In this document: piece by piece, positions 1 to 7,375 of the stretch
Layout of the letters: each line of letters opens with the position of its first letter
Numbering within the stretch: the first letter of the stretch is position 1
Notes under the pieces: model-generated
Told to the model about the DNA's origin: nothing
The model's database searches: none
The model's input: only the letters and a program-made list of their open reading frames with translations
Program-made: the position numbers and the translations under genes
IMG/VR virus record: IMGVR_UViG_3300044652_000007
Span: 1-44,850 of that record
Reading direction: 5' to 3' (one strand)
Source: a virus
Taxonomy: Duplodnaviria > Caudoviricetes
DNA length: 44,850 nt

Positions 1-278
1 GCAACGAGCGGAACGCGGAGCGCCTCCACCACCCGCTCCGCCGCCTCCAGCCGATCCAGCAGGGCGAGGATGGCCTGCGGGTTGGCGGCGGTGAAGATGA
101 ACCGTGCGTTGGCCTCCCGCTTCTCCCAGCTATTGCCGACCGCCCGGATGATAACATCGCCCGTGTTGTCGTTTAGGTCGGCCTTAAGGATCGTGTAGTC
201 GAGGCTGAGGTGCCACGGCCCCGGCGTCGCCTTCTCGGCCAGCGCGCGGAGTCGATTGATGGTGGGGTCGGTGGTCAT
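1..278 (-). CDS. ead/Ea22-like protein, runs off the window start
   Basis: Manual translation MTTDPTINRLRALAEKATPGPW...ANARFIFTAANPQAILALLDRLEAAERVV; LRALAEKATPGPW and ANP..ILALLD are typical of the family; ATGA overlap with the upstream stop. Confidence 0.75.
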   Translation of the reverse strand, partial: MTTDPTINRLRALAEKATPGPWHLSLDYTILKADLNDNTGDVIIRAVGNSWEKREANARFIFTAANPQAILALLDRLEAAERVVEALRVPLV

Positions 279-514
279 GGCTCGATCTCGTTTGCAGCTT
301 GGATCAGCATATCGGCGACGGTCTTGGCCGAATAACGCGACAGGTGGATTTCTGCTGCGGGGCGCTTGCGGCTCTTGTTGTAATCCCATTCGCGCAAGAC
401 GAGCATCAGCCCATCACCGTCAGGCTCGACGGTGAACGCGAATCCGTCTGGATGTTCAAGCTTCCGCGTTGTTTCAATGGGCAGGAAGCCCTCCCGGCCG
501 TTGTCCTCGCTCAT
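275..514 (-). CDS. Hypothetical phage protein (79 aa)
   Basis: MSEDNGREGF...; GGAGGG RBS; ATGA coupling at both ends. Confidence 0.7.
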   Translation of the reverse strand: MSEDNGREGFLPIETTRKLEHPDGFAFTVEPDGDGLMLVLREWDYNKSRKRPAAEIHLSRYSAKTVADMLIQAANEIEP

Positions 515-711
515 CCCTCCCCCTTCTTCTCCCCGCCGGGGAACGGCAGGGCGCGGATGATGCGGATGGTGAACCCCGGCGCCGGAGACTTGGCTAGTTC
601 GTTCGCCGCCGCCTCCTTGGCGGCCTCCCAGGCGTCGCGCTGGATGGCGCGGATGTCGTGAGCCGGAAGGTCGTACTCCTCGGCCCACTCGGCTTCGTCA
701 CGGAGCGGCAT
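511..711 (-). CDS. Hypothetical phage protein (66 aa)
   Basis: AAAGGAA RBS; stop overlaps next start. Confidence 0.7.
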   Translation of the reverse strand: MPLRDEAEWAEEYDLPAHDIRAIQRDAWEAAKEAAANELAKSPAPGFTIRIIRALPFPGGEKKGEG

Positions 712-913
712 GGTCGGTTCCTTTCGCGCGCCGCCGTGCGACGCGATCGATCTCGTACAGCCGGTGATTCACCGCAGCGATTCCCGACCACGCCAGCGCG
801 CGGCAGTCGCGGTCGGTGAAGCCGCGCGGGGCGTTGCCGATCGCGTCCAGCGTGTGGTAGGCGAGCGCGAAGGCGCAGGACAGCGCGCCCAGGTCGGCGA
901 AGTCGGGGATCAC
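698..913 (-). CDS. Hypothetical protein (71 aa)
   Basis: GTG start VIPDFADLGAL...; protein-like C-terminal part of ORF 698..1339; fills the operon gap. Confidence 0.55.
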   Translation of the reverse strand: MIPDFADLGALSCAFALAYHTLDAIGNAPRGFTDRDCRALAWSGIAAVNHRLYEIDRVARRRAKGTDHAAP

Positions 914-927
914 GGGGGCGCGCGGTC

Positions 928-1113
928 TCACGGTATGCCCTCCAGCACCATCGCCTCGCGGACGACGCGCTCCGTGTTGACGTAGTCCTGCATGCGGCCT
1001 AGGTGGCGCAGCGCCGCGGCGTGATCGCCGGCGCGCTCGTAGTGCTCGATGCGCTGGCGCTCCATCGCGGCCTTCACGCGCAGGCGCCCGGTGACGGTGA
1101 TCGTGGCGGTCAT
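928..1113 (-). CDS. Hypothetical protein (61 aa)
   Basis: GGAGG RBS, ATGA overlap. Confidence 0.65.
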   Translation of the reverse strand: MTATITVTGRLRVKAAMERQRIEHYERAGDHAAALRHLGRMQDYVNTERVVREAMVLEGIP

Positions 1114-1442
1114 GCGCTGGCCTCCGCGTCGATGGTGGCGATGCGGTACCAGCCGTGGCTGGAGCGCCGCAGCAGGCCGGCGCGCAGCGCGCGCAGCAGG
1201 CGGGTGGACGCACAGCGCTTGCTGATCCCGAAGGAGGCGGCGACCGTCTCGGCGTCGACCGCGTCCTGCGCCGCCAGGTCGAGCAGCAGGCGCGTCTCGG
1301 GCGAATCCTTGCGCACTTCGTAGTAGCGCTTCGCCTCATGTGGCAGGAGGGCGCGCAGGGTGCGGATCAAGCCGCCGCTCGTCGGCGCGGTGACGTACGA
1401 CGTGTAGCCGCTCGGGGTCTTGATCCAGGCGGACCAGGTCAT
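1110..1442 (-). CDS. Winged helix-turn-helix protein (110 aa)
   Basis: VDAETVAASFGISKRCASTRLLRALRAGLLRRSSHGWYRI is a wHTH pattern; ATGA overlap. Confidence 0.65.
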   Translation of the reverse strand: MTWSAWIKTPSGYTSYVTAPTSGGLIRTLRALLPHEAKRYYEVRKDSPETRLLLDLAAQDAVDAETVAASFGISKRCASTRLLRALRAGLLRRSSHGWYRIATIDAEASA

Positions 1443-2272
1443 GGTTCCACCCCTGCCGGCACCGCCGGCGCCTGGCACCACGCGTCGAGGAACGGCCGGA
1501 CGTGGCGCAGGTACAACCCGTGCGCGCGCGCGTCCTCGTTGGCAGGAAGAATCGTGTGGGCAGCCGCCGCCAGGAAGTCCTGCACCATGCGCCACGAGCG
1601 GAAGCCCTGAGCGCGAAGCCATTCGGCCAGCTCGTCCACGGCGTCGGGCTGCGTGGCGTAGCCGAGGCGCGAGCACAGCCGGCGCAGCTCGGCGCGGGTG
1701 TCCTTCGGGGTCGGGTCGAAGCATTCCGATCCGACAACGGGGGTGGGTGTGTTTCCGCCCACCCACACACCCGTACTCCCATCACCCGTATACCCATCAC
1801 CCGTATCCCGCTGTGGCACCACCGTGGCGCCACCCTGGTCGGCGGGTGGCTTGCGCTCGTCTGCAACAGCAGGAACCGTTTTGGATACCGCTGCAACGCC
1901 TGCGAGGTAGTTGCGGACGCTGATGCCGGGAGGCAGCGGGTGCTTCGGAGGGCGGTTCCGCTCCTCCTTCGGCATGCTCGCGATCTGGTGTTTTCGCAGG
2001 CCGGGGAGCCACAGAAGCGCCACCCCATCGCCACCCTGGTACCTCAGAACCAGGCCGGCGGCGACCAACTCGTCGAGCCAAGCGACGATCTGCTCGGCGA
2101 CCAGCTCATCGTACGGGAACAGCTCGACGCGGATCCGCCGCGGCCGGTCCTCCAGCACGCCCCAGGCGTCGGCCATGCACCACAGGCCGGCGAACAGCAG
2201 GCGCGCGTCGCGGCTCACCTGGGCGACGCTCTCGGACTTGAAGAAATCTGGCTTGAGCGCGCGGATCCTCAC
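1439..2272 (-). CDS. Phage replication initiator / replisome organiser
   Basis: N-terminus RIRALKPDFF..ARLLFAGLWCMAD..G.LEDRPRRIRVELFPYD...KHQ matches lambdoid initiator N-domains; internal tandem repeats; GTGA overlap. Confidence 0.8.
   Translation of the reverse strand: MRIRALKPDFFKSESVAQVSRDARLLFAGLWCMADAWGVLEDRPRRIRVELFPYDELVAEQIVAWLDELVAAGLVLRYQGGDGVALLWLPGLRKHQIASMPKEERNRPPKHPLPPGISVRNYLAGVAAVSKTVPAVADERKPPADQGGATVVPQRDTGDGYTGDGSTGVWVGGNTPTPVVGSECFDPTPKDTRAELRRLCSRLGYATQPDAVDELAEWLRAQGFRSWRMVQDFLAAAAHTILPANEDARAHGLYLRHVRPFLDAWCQAPAVPAGVEP
1768..1812. repeat. Three 15-bp tandem repeats inside the initiator gene; candidate origin iterons
   Basis: CACCCGTACTCCCAT / CACCCGTATACCCAT / CACCCGTATCCCGCT. 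Confidence 0.6.
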
Positions 2273-2736
2273 CGGCATCCCTTCCATCGCATGTCGTCCG
2301 TGATGTCCTCCGGCGTCAGCGACTCGCCCGGCAGCAGGCACGGCCAGCGCAGCAGCTCGATGCCGATGCCGTAGCTCCAGGCCAGGAGCGCGAGGCCGCC
2401 GTGCTGGTCCGTCTCGTCGAGCGCCAGCCGCTGGTGCGGCTCCACGTCGCCGAAGCGGATGCGGCCGGGGCGGTGTTTCACTTCGACGAGGACGGCCTGA
2501 CCGGTGCCGGGCACCATCGCCGTGAAGTCGCCGGCGACCTTCGCGATCGGCGTCGCGCCCGTGACGCGGCCGTTGCGCCACTGCACGCGCCATCCCGTCT
2601 CGATGCGGGCGACGCGCACCAGGCCGGATGCGATCAGCCGCATCTTGATGACGCCCTCAACGGCTTCGCCGTGCGCGCGGTTGAAGCGACCGCGCAGGCG
2701 TGCGGCGACGCTCGGGAGGCGGTTGTCGTCGATCAC
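2269..2736 (-). CDS. recU: RecU-like Holliday junction resolvase (PD-(D/E)XK)
   Basis: HGEAVE...GDF...VLVEVKH...IRFGDVEPHQRLALD...GGLALL fits the RecU motif order. Confidence 0.7.
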   Translation of the reverse strand: MIDDNRLPSVAARLRGRFNRAHGEAVEGVIKMRLIASGLVRVARIETGWRVQWRNGRVTGATPIAKVAGDFTAMVPGTGQAVLVEVKHRPGRIRFGDVEPHQRLALDETDQHGGLALLAWSYGIGIELLRWPCLLPGESLTPEDITDDMRWKGCR

Positions 2737-3086
2737 GCGTCGGCCTTCCCGCACGCGATGTAGACCTCGGCCATGCGCCCCGAGCGAGTCGCGCGCTGCT
2801 GGCCGAGCTTGCAGACGCCGGGCAGCCCGAGCCGGCCGAGCGCGACCAGCTCGACGAGCCGCGGGCGCACGGTGTTGCCGGGGATGCGCAGCATCGTCTC
2901 GATCTCGTCGGCGGTCGCGCCACCCATGCCGCGGCCTTCGATGTAGGCGCGGATCTGCTCGCGCAGCGCTGCGGCGTGCGGTCGGATGCGGCGCGCGGCC
3001 TCGTTGCTCGTCGGCGTGCCGTTCGACGGCGGCGTCAGCGCGTCGGCGATGAGGTCGAGCTGGCGCGGTGCGGCGGTGCGGGTCAC
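2733..3086 (-). CDS. Winged HTH DNA-binding protein (117 aa)
   Basis: GATADEIETMLRIPGNTVRPRLVELV...RATRSGRMAEVY, a common phage wHTH pattern. Confidence 0.75.
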   Translation of the reverse strand: MTRTAAPRQLDLIADALTPPSNGTPTSNEAARRIRPHAAALREQIRAYIEGRGMGGATADEIETMLRIPGNTVRPRLVELVALGRLGLPGVCKLGQQRATRSGRMAEVYIACGKADA

Positions 3087-3313
3087 TTGGTCCCCCTCTC
3101 GCTCTCGACGATCATCGCGTCGGCGATGTGGTAGACGTGGGCGGCGATGTCGCGCGCCTCGATGTTGTGATTGCGGAGCAGGTGCTGGCTGGCGCTGAGA
3201 GCAGCCGCGGCGAAGTAGTCGCGCAGCGACATGCCGTCCTGCGCCACCTGTCCCTGCTCGAAGTCAGCCGGCGCGCGCGGGAAGGCCGCGCCCCCATCGT
3301 TCGGGCGGCTCAC
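3083..3313 (-). CDS. Conserved phage protein of the GGxAFP...GMSLRDYFAA type (76 aa)
   Basis: DGGAAFP, GMSLRDYFAAAAL, YHIADAM motifs; GTGA overlaps. Confidence 0.8.
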   Translation of the reverse strand: MSRPNDGGAAFPRAPADFEQGQVAQDGMSLRDYFAAAALSASQHLLRNHNIEARDIAAHVYHIADAMIVESERGTK

Positions 3314-4128
3314 GACGGCACCCCTTCCAGCACGTCGGGTGCCTCCTGCGCCACGCCCCACTTCTTGTTGGCGATACCGTCAAGCGCGCGGTCGACCTCG
3401 GCCATGCCGGCGTCGAGCAGCGCCGTGGCGCACTCGATCACGCGGCACTCGAACGGCCATACCGTGGACTGCACGATCCAGAAGAACGGCACGCGCTTGC
3501 CGGTGAGCCCCACGCGCACCGCGTCGTAGATCGCGCCCTGCACGTGAAGTAGGAAGTCGCGCACGGACCACTTGAACTTGGACAGCGGCGAGCCGGTCGT
3601 CTTGTAGTCGGCGGTCCATTCCTCGTGGTAGACATCGAATCGAGCCTGGACGTACAGGCCGGTGTGTGGATCGCGCACGCGGCCGGTCAACTCGCGCCGG
3701 CCGCCAGCCATCAGCCGCGCGGCGACGGGATTGGCGCGGATGCGGTCGACGAGGAAGCGGATCTTGGCGTTCTCGGCCGGCGTGATGAGCCGCTCGCCGG
3801 GCATCACGTGCTCGGCCTGCCACGCCTTGCACGCCTTCGACGTGCTGATGCCGCGCTCGGTGACGAACTCTTCCGGGCAGATCGGATGCTTGGCTGAGTA
3901 CTCGCCCTCGTCCTCCAGCAGCATGTGGACGCTGGTGCCCAACTCGGTGGCGTCGCTGCCGTTGAACTGCGCGAGCGGATGGCGCTCGATGTAGCGGAGG
4001 CGGTATCCCTCTTCGGACTGGAGGTACGCGCGGATCTCCGTCGAGCCGAGCGCACCGCTGGTGAAGTAGTCGGACGCTGGCTCGGCGAACAGGCCGAGCT
4101 TCGGTGTGGCGGGGAGCGGTGCGTTCAC
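3310..4128 (-). CDS. RecE/exonuclease VIII-like PD-(D/E)XK nuclease (DUF3799-like)
   Basis: LGTSVHMLLE, RELT, QARFD, ADYKTT, LHVQGAIY motifs. Confidence 0.8.
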   Translation of the reverse strand: MNAPLPATPKLGLFAEPASDYFTSGALGSTEIRAYLQSEEGYRLRYIERHPLAQFNGSDATELGTSVHMLLEDEGEYSAKHPICPEEFVTERGISTSKACKAWQAEHVMPGERLITPAENAKIRFLVDRIRANPVAARLMAGGRRELTGRVRDPHTGLYVQARFDVYHEEWTADYKTTGSPLSKFKWSVRDFLLHVQGAIYDAVRVGLTGKRVPFFWIVQSTVWPFECRVIECATALLDAGMAEVDRALDGIANKKWGVAQEAPDVLEGVPS

Positions 4129-4985
4129 GGCGTCACCGTCCCGTCCGGCTGGAGCGTGGCCTTGGTGACGACGGAGTCGCGTCCCTGGTGGATGACCTCG
4201 AAGGGTGGCTGCGCGAAGCGGCTGGCGCTGGCCTTCGGATCGTCCGTGCGCGCGAACAGCGTGGCGAGGTCGACGCCCTCCTCCTTGGCCGTGTTCTTCG
4301 CCGCGATGAGGTCGGACATCTTGTCGAGGTCGATGTCCGCCTCGGCCTTCACGCCGAGCCAGTCGAAGATGGCGGCGCGCTTCACCCCCTTCTCTTGGAA
4401 CCAGTCCAGCGTGGCCTTACGTCGCTCGGGCAAGGTCTTGGCGTCGCCGGCTGCGACGCGCTTGGCTGCGTCGATGATCGGCTGCACGATGGCGAGCGGC
4501 ACCGCGAGGAAGATCGCGTTGCGCCGCGCCTTCGAGCAGGCAGCCGCGCGGGTCGTCGCGATCTGGTCGGCCTTGATCCGCGTGCCGTCGCGCTTGAGCA
4601 GCGACACCGTCACCTCGGTCGAGTGGGCGACGTTCGACTCCAGATCGTGCGCGATCCCCTGCGCGACCACTTCCGTGGCCGTCTCAGCGATGACGCGCGC
4701 CTGCACGCGCAGGTTGCCGTACGTGGCGGCGACGATCTCGGCGAGGCGCGCGCTCGGACCCTTCACCTTCTCGCCACCAACGGGCTTCGCGTACTCCAGC
4801 GATGCCGCGATCTCGGGCGTGATGGTCGCGAGCGACTCGGCGCGCTTGAGGAAGGTGTCGATCGAGCGCGGGAATCGGTGTGCGGTCGCGATGGACGTGT
4901 CGATCTCGGCGCGCGTCAGGCTCTCCAGCGCGCTCGGAGCGACGATCATCGCTTCCTTGGTCTCGATGTTGTTGGCGTCGTTCAT
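4125..4985 (-). CDS. Recombination-associated protein, putative ssDNA-annealing partner of the exonuclease (286 aa)
   Basis: RAEIDTSIATAHRFPRS...GPSARLAE...YGNL...AHDLESN...ARRNAIF; translationally coupled to the RecE-like gene. Confidence 0.6.
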   Translation of the reverse strand: MNDANNIETKEAMIVAPSALESLTRAEIDTSIATAHRFPRSIDTFLKRAESLATITPEIAASLEYAKPVGGEKVKGPSARLAEIVAATYGNLRVQARVIAETATEVVAQGIAHDLESNVAHSTEVTVSLLKRDGTRIKADQIATTRAAACSKARRNAIFLAVPLAIVQPIIDAAKRVAAGDAKTLPERRKATLDWFQEKGVKRAAIFDWLGVKAEADIDLDKMSDLIAAKNTAKEEGVDLATLFARTDDPKASASRFAQPPFEVIHQGRDSVVTKATLQPDGTVTP

Positions 4986-4986
4986 G

Positions 4987-5226
4987 TCAGAGGCTTTCCG
5001 CGAGGTGCTTCTGCGCCTTGTTCAGCGTGCGCGTGGCGAGCTGGACGAGGCTGCGATTGATGGTGGTGGGATGGGCGGCGACGTAGCCGACAGCCATCGG
5101 GAGCACGCGCCGCAGCGCGGCGATCAGCTCCTCGTTCATCTGACGTTCGGTGATGAGATCGGCCTGCGAGCCGGTCCACACGACACGCTCGGTCGGCACG
5201 GTCTTGGGTTCGGCGGTGTCGTTCAC
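4987..5226 (-). CDS. Hypothetical protein (79 aa)
   Basis: GTGA overlap; fills operon. Confidence 0.6.
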   Translation of the reverse strand: MNDTAEPKTVPTERVVWTGSQADLITERQMNEELIAALRRVLPMAVGYVAAHPTTINRSLVQLATRTLNKAQKHLAESL

Positions 5227-5465
5227 CGGACACCGCCATTCTTGGTCAGGCAGCGCGCGGCGACGACCTCAGCGACGTGGTCGTAGGATTCATCCGCGGG
5301 CTGACTCTCGGCGCCCTCGGTCCACACGACGCGCGTGTGGCCAGCTCGGATCTCGGCGCCTTCGCCGTGGAAGGACACGAGGCAGGCCGCGTCCTCGATG
5401 TACTTGCACGCGGCGACGTACTCGCCGTCCGCAGCGTAGACCTTGTAGAGCGGTGATGCCGCCAT
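5223..5465 (-). CDS. Hypothetical protein (80 aa)
   Basis: MAASPLYKVY...; starts 2 nt after the upstream stop. Confidence 0.7.
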   Translation of the reverse strand: MAASPLYKVYAADGEYVAACKYIEDAACLVSFHGEGAEIRAGHTRVVWTEGAESQPADESYDHVAEVVAARCLTKNGGVR

Positions 5466-5467
5466 GA

Positions 5468-5923
5468 TCACACCCCCCGCTCGCGGTCGCTGAGGATGTC
5501 GGCCACGTACGCGTCGAAGTCCTCGGCCGTCGGCACGTAGCACTTCGCGCACCGCCAGTCGCCATCCGTGTTGCGGTACACGTCGTCGCGCTCGAAGTAG
5601 GAGCCGCAGCCCTCGCAGTACTTGAAGCAGCGGTCGCACGTCTCGTGCGCGCCCAGCGGCTGGTGGCACTCGCGGCAGGAGGTCGGCGTCTCGCAGCACG
5701 GGCAGTAGCCGTCCGCGTTCATCGCCACGTCGCACTCGTCGCAGCGCATCGTCGCGCGGATCAGCGCGCTCGACTCCGCGCGCTCGGCGGCGCTCGGCCG
5801 CTCCAGCGCGGCGAAGAAGGCGTCCCAGGCGCGGGCGGCGCTCTTGAGGTCGGCGGTGCCCGTGAAGATCATCCGCGGGTGCGGATTGCCGATCGCGTCG
5901 GCCAGGTTAGGCTCGTGGCTCAC
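5468..5923 (-). CDS. Cys-rich zinc-finger-like protein (151 aa)
   Basis: Six CxxC motifs: CDEC, CPCC, CREC, CDRC, CEGC, CAKC; GAGGA RBS. Confidence 0.7.
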   Translation of the reverse strand: MSHEPNLADAIGNPHPRMIFTGTADLKSAARAWDAFFAALERPSAAERAESSALIRATMRCDECDVAMNADGYCPCCETPTSCRECHQPLGAHETCDRCFKYCEGCGSYFERDDVYRNTDGDWRCAKCYVPTAEDFDAYVADILSDRERGV

Positions 5924-5952
5924 TCGTTGGTCCTCTCAGGGGTCCGGGTGAA

Positions 5953-5981
5953 GGGCCGGGGCGTTAGCGCGCCACCGGCCC
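5953..5981 (-). terminator. Intergenic GC-rich hairpin in the early operon (possible terminator/attenuator)
   Basis: GGGCCGG-GGCG...CGCC-A-CCGGCCC stem; weak U-tract. Confidence 0.4.
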
Positions 5982-5991
5982 GGTTGTTTCG

Positions 5992-6207
5992 TCAGGCGAT
6001 CCGGGTGGCGTGGCGGGCGCGGACCCGCTCGGCTGCGGCCGCACGGAACTCGGGGCAGCCGCCGCAGGACTTCGACGTGCCGACGCGCAGCGCGCGGCTT
6101 TGCACCGAGCGCTCGGTGCCGCAGTCGCAGCGGCAGATGACTTTCCGGGTGTCGCGCGGGCACGGGCCGATGACGGTCCAATGGCCGAAGCGTTGGTTGG
6201 CTTCCAT
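5992..6207 (-). CDS. Stand-alone CxCxCG...SCG zinc-binding module (71 aa)
   Basis: RFGHWTV...CRCDCG...L..GTSKSCG, the module usually N-terminal to phage HNH/AP2 proteins; AAGGA RBS. Confidence 0.7.
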   Translation of the reverse strand: MEANQRFGHWTVIGPCPRDTRKVICRCDCGTERSVQSRALRVGTSKSCGGCPEFRAAAAERVRARHATRIA

Positions 6208-6219
6208 GAGCCGGTCCTT

Positions 6220-6342
6220 TCAGGGGAACGGGAGCGCGCCGGCGCCGCAGAGCGCGAGCAGCGCGCCGATGGCGCAGGCGCAGAACAGCATCACGCCGAT
6301 GGCCGCGCCGCGGGCGACGCCCTGGATCAGCGCGCGGATCAC
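6220..6342 (-). CDS. Small hydrophobic membrane peptide (40 aa)
   Basis: VIRALIQGVARGAAIGVMLFCACAIGALLALCGAGALPFP; GTGA overlap. Confidence 0.5.
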   Translation of the reverse strand: MIRALIQGVARGAAIGVMLFCACAIGALLALCGAGALPFP

Positions 6343-6590
6343 GACAGCGCCTGCGCAATCAGGTCCGGGCGGTAGCGGACGCGGTTCCCGAACCACCGCA
6401 TGGAGTGGTCGGGGAACTGGCCCTGGAGCCGCCAGGTGTGGACGGTGTTGCCGGCGACGCCGAGGTACTGAGCGATCGTCTCGCGCGTCACCCACCGATG
6501 ATCGAGGTCGGGACGCATGACGCCGTCGACGACAACCGGGTCCTGCACCCGTCGCCGCGGAGGATGTGCTGTTCGCATGGATGAGAACAT
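6339..6590 (-). CDS. Excisionase/AlpA/Cro-like HTH protein, first gene of the early operon
   Basis: WVTRETIAQYLGVAGNTVHTWRLQGQFP...GNRVRY; divergent from the XRE repressor; exact start uncertain. Confidence 0.75.
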   Translation of the reverse strand: MFSSMRTAHPPRRRVQDPVVVDGVMRPDLDHRWVTRETIAQYLGVAGNTVHTWRLQGQFPDHSMRWFGNRVRYRPDLIAQALS

Positions 6591-6626
6591 GCACGGGATT
6601 TTGAGAACAGCAAGAACTTTGTTCTC
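6570..6626. promoter_or_regulatory. Operator cluster of switch 1 (GAACA/TGTTC half-sites)
   Basis: TGTTC-N10-GAACA at 6570-6589 and GAGAACA-N10-TGTTCTC at 6603-6626, between divergent HTH genes. Confidence 0.6.
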
Positions 6627-6675
6627 GGATTCCCGAACCTGGCGGAATCAGCGCTGGAAGTAGCGCGGCGACCGT

Positions 6676-7074
6676 ATGTTGCCGGGCCGCGTGAAACCCG
6701 AGCCCGTGCTATCAGCCTTCGGCGAACTCTTCGAAAAGCTCCGAGAGGCCAAGGGCCTCACGAAGATGGACCTTGCGCAGATGGCCGGCGTTTCCCGCAG
6801 TGTCCTCACCGACACGCTGCGCGATGCGGAATGGGCGAAGCGCAACGGCTACCACTGGCACGCTCCGCCGCTCGACAAGGTCGACATCTGGGCCGACGCG
6901 TTCGGGCTGACTGGCGCCGAGCGCGAGCACTTCAAGGATCTCGCCGACCTCGCGCACGCACCGCCGCGGTTGCTCGCGCGCATCGACGATCTCAAGGCGC
7001 AGGTGCGAGCGCTCGGCGAGCGCGTGCGCGCACTCGAACAGCAGAGCGACGAGCGTCGGCGTCGGCATCGGTAG
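6676..7074 (+). CDS. XRE-family HTH repressor (switch 1) with C-terminal coiled coil
   Basis: FGELFEKLREAKGLTKMDLAQMAGVSRSVL...PPLDKVDIWADAFGL; no S24 peptidase domain; start uncertain. Confidence 0.8.
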   Translation: MLPGRVKPEPVLSAFGELFEKLREAKGLTKMDLAQMAGVSRSVLTDTLRDAEWAKRNGYHWHAPPLDKVDIWADAFGLTGAEREHFKDLADLAHAPPRLLARIDDLKAQVRALGERVRALEQQSDERRRRHR

Positions 7075-7312
7075 CCGCCTCCTGCTCCAAGCGCTCGATG
7101 CGCGCGCGCAGCGCGATCAGATCCACCTCGATCGCATCGAGCGCGCGCCATCCAGCTAGGTAGTAGCGGTTGCGCACCGCCGATGCCGAGAAGCACATGA
7201 GGGGCGGCGACAGTACCGAAGTCATGCGGCGGAAGCGAGCGCGGACTTTACCGAAACAGCGACGCCAAGTAGAGCGAAGGTAACGGGTTGTAACCGAGCG
7301 CGGTTGTTCCAC
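6992..7312 (-). CDS. Possible small protein with a coiled-coil segment
   Basis: Fills the repressor-integrase gap, LDAIEVDLIALRARIERLEQEA; overlaps the repressor 3' end by 83 nt. Confidence 0.3.
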   Translation of the reverse strand: MEQPRSVTTRYLRSTWRRCFGKVRARFRRMTSVLSPPLMCFSASAVRNRYYLAGWRALDAIEVDLIALRARIERLEQEAATDADADARRSAVRVRARARRALAPAP

Positions 7313-7330
7313 GTGGCCCTACCCAACACC

Positions 7331-7350
7331 TGTTCTCACTTGTCAGAACA
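7331..7350. promoter_or_regulatory. Operator-like palindrome upstream of integrase
   Basis: TGTTCTCACTTGTCAGAACA, the same TGTTC-N10-GAACA layout as 6570-6589. Confidence 0.6.
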
Positions 7351-7375
7351 TGGCAACCGCGCAGGGTGCCGGGCC

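Noticed and set aside
21-74. Terminal direct repeats of the genome (match to 44564-44617)
   Set aside because: Matches are imperfect, internal to paralogous ORFs and do not reach the sequence ends
1803-1888. Extra 17-bp operator copies in the initiator gene (GTATCCCGCTGTGGCAC at 1803, GGAACCGTTTTGGATAC at 1872)
   Set aside because: Only one good half-site each, intragenic, and the first is explained by the iteron repeat; needs a scored scan
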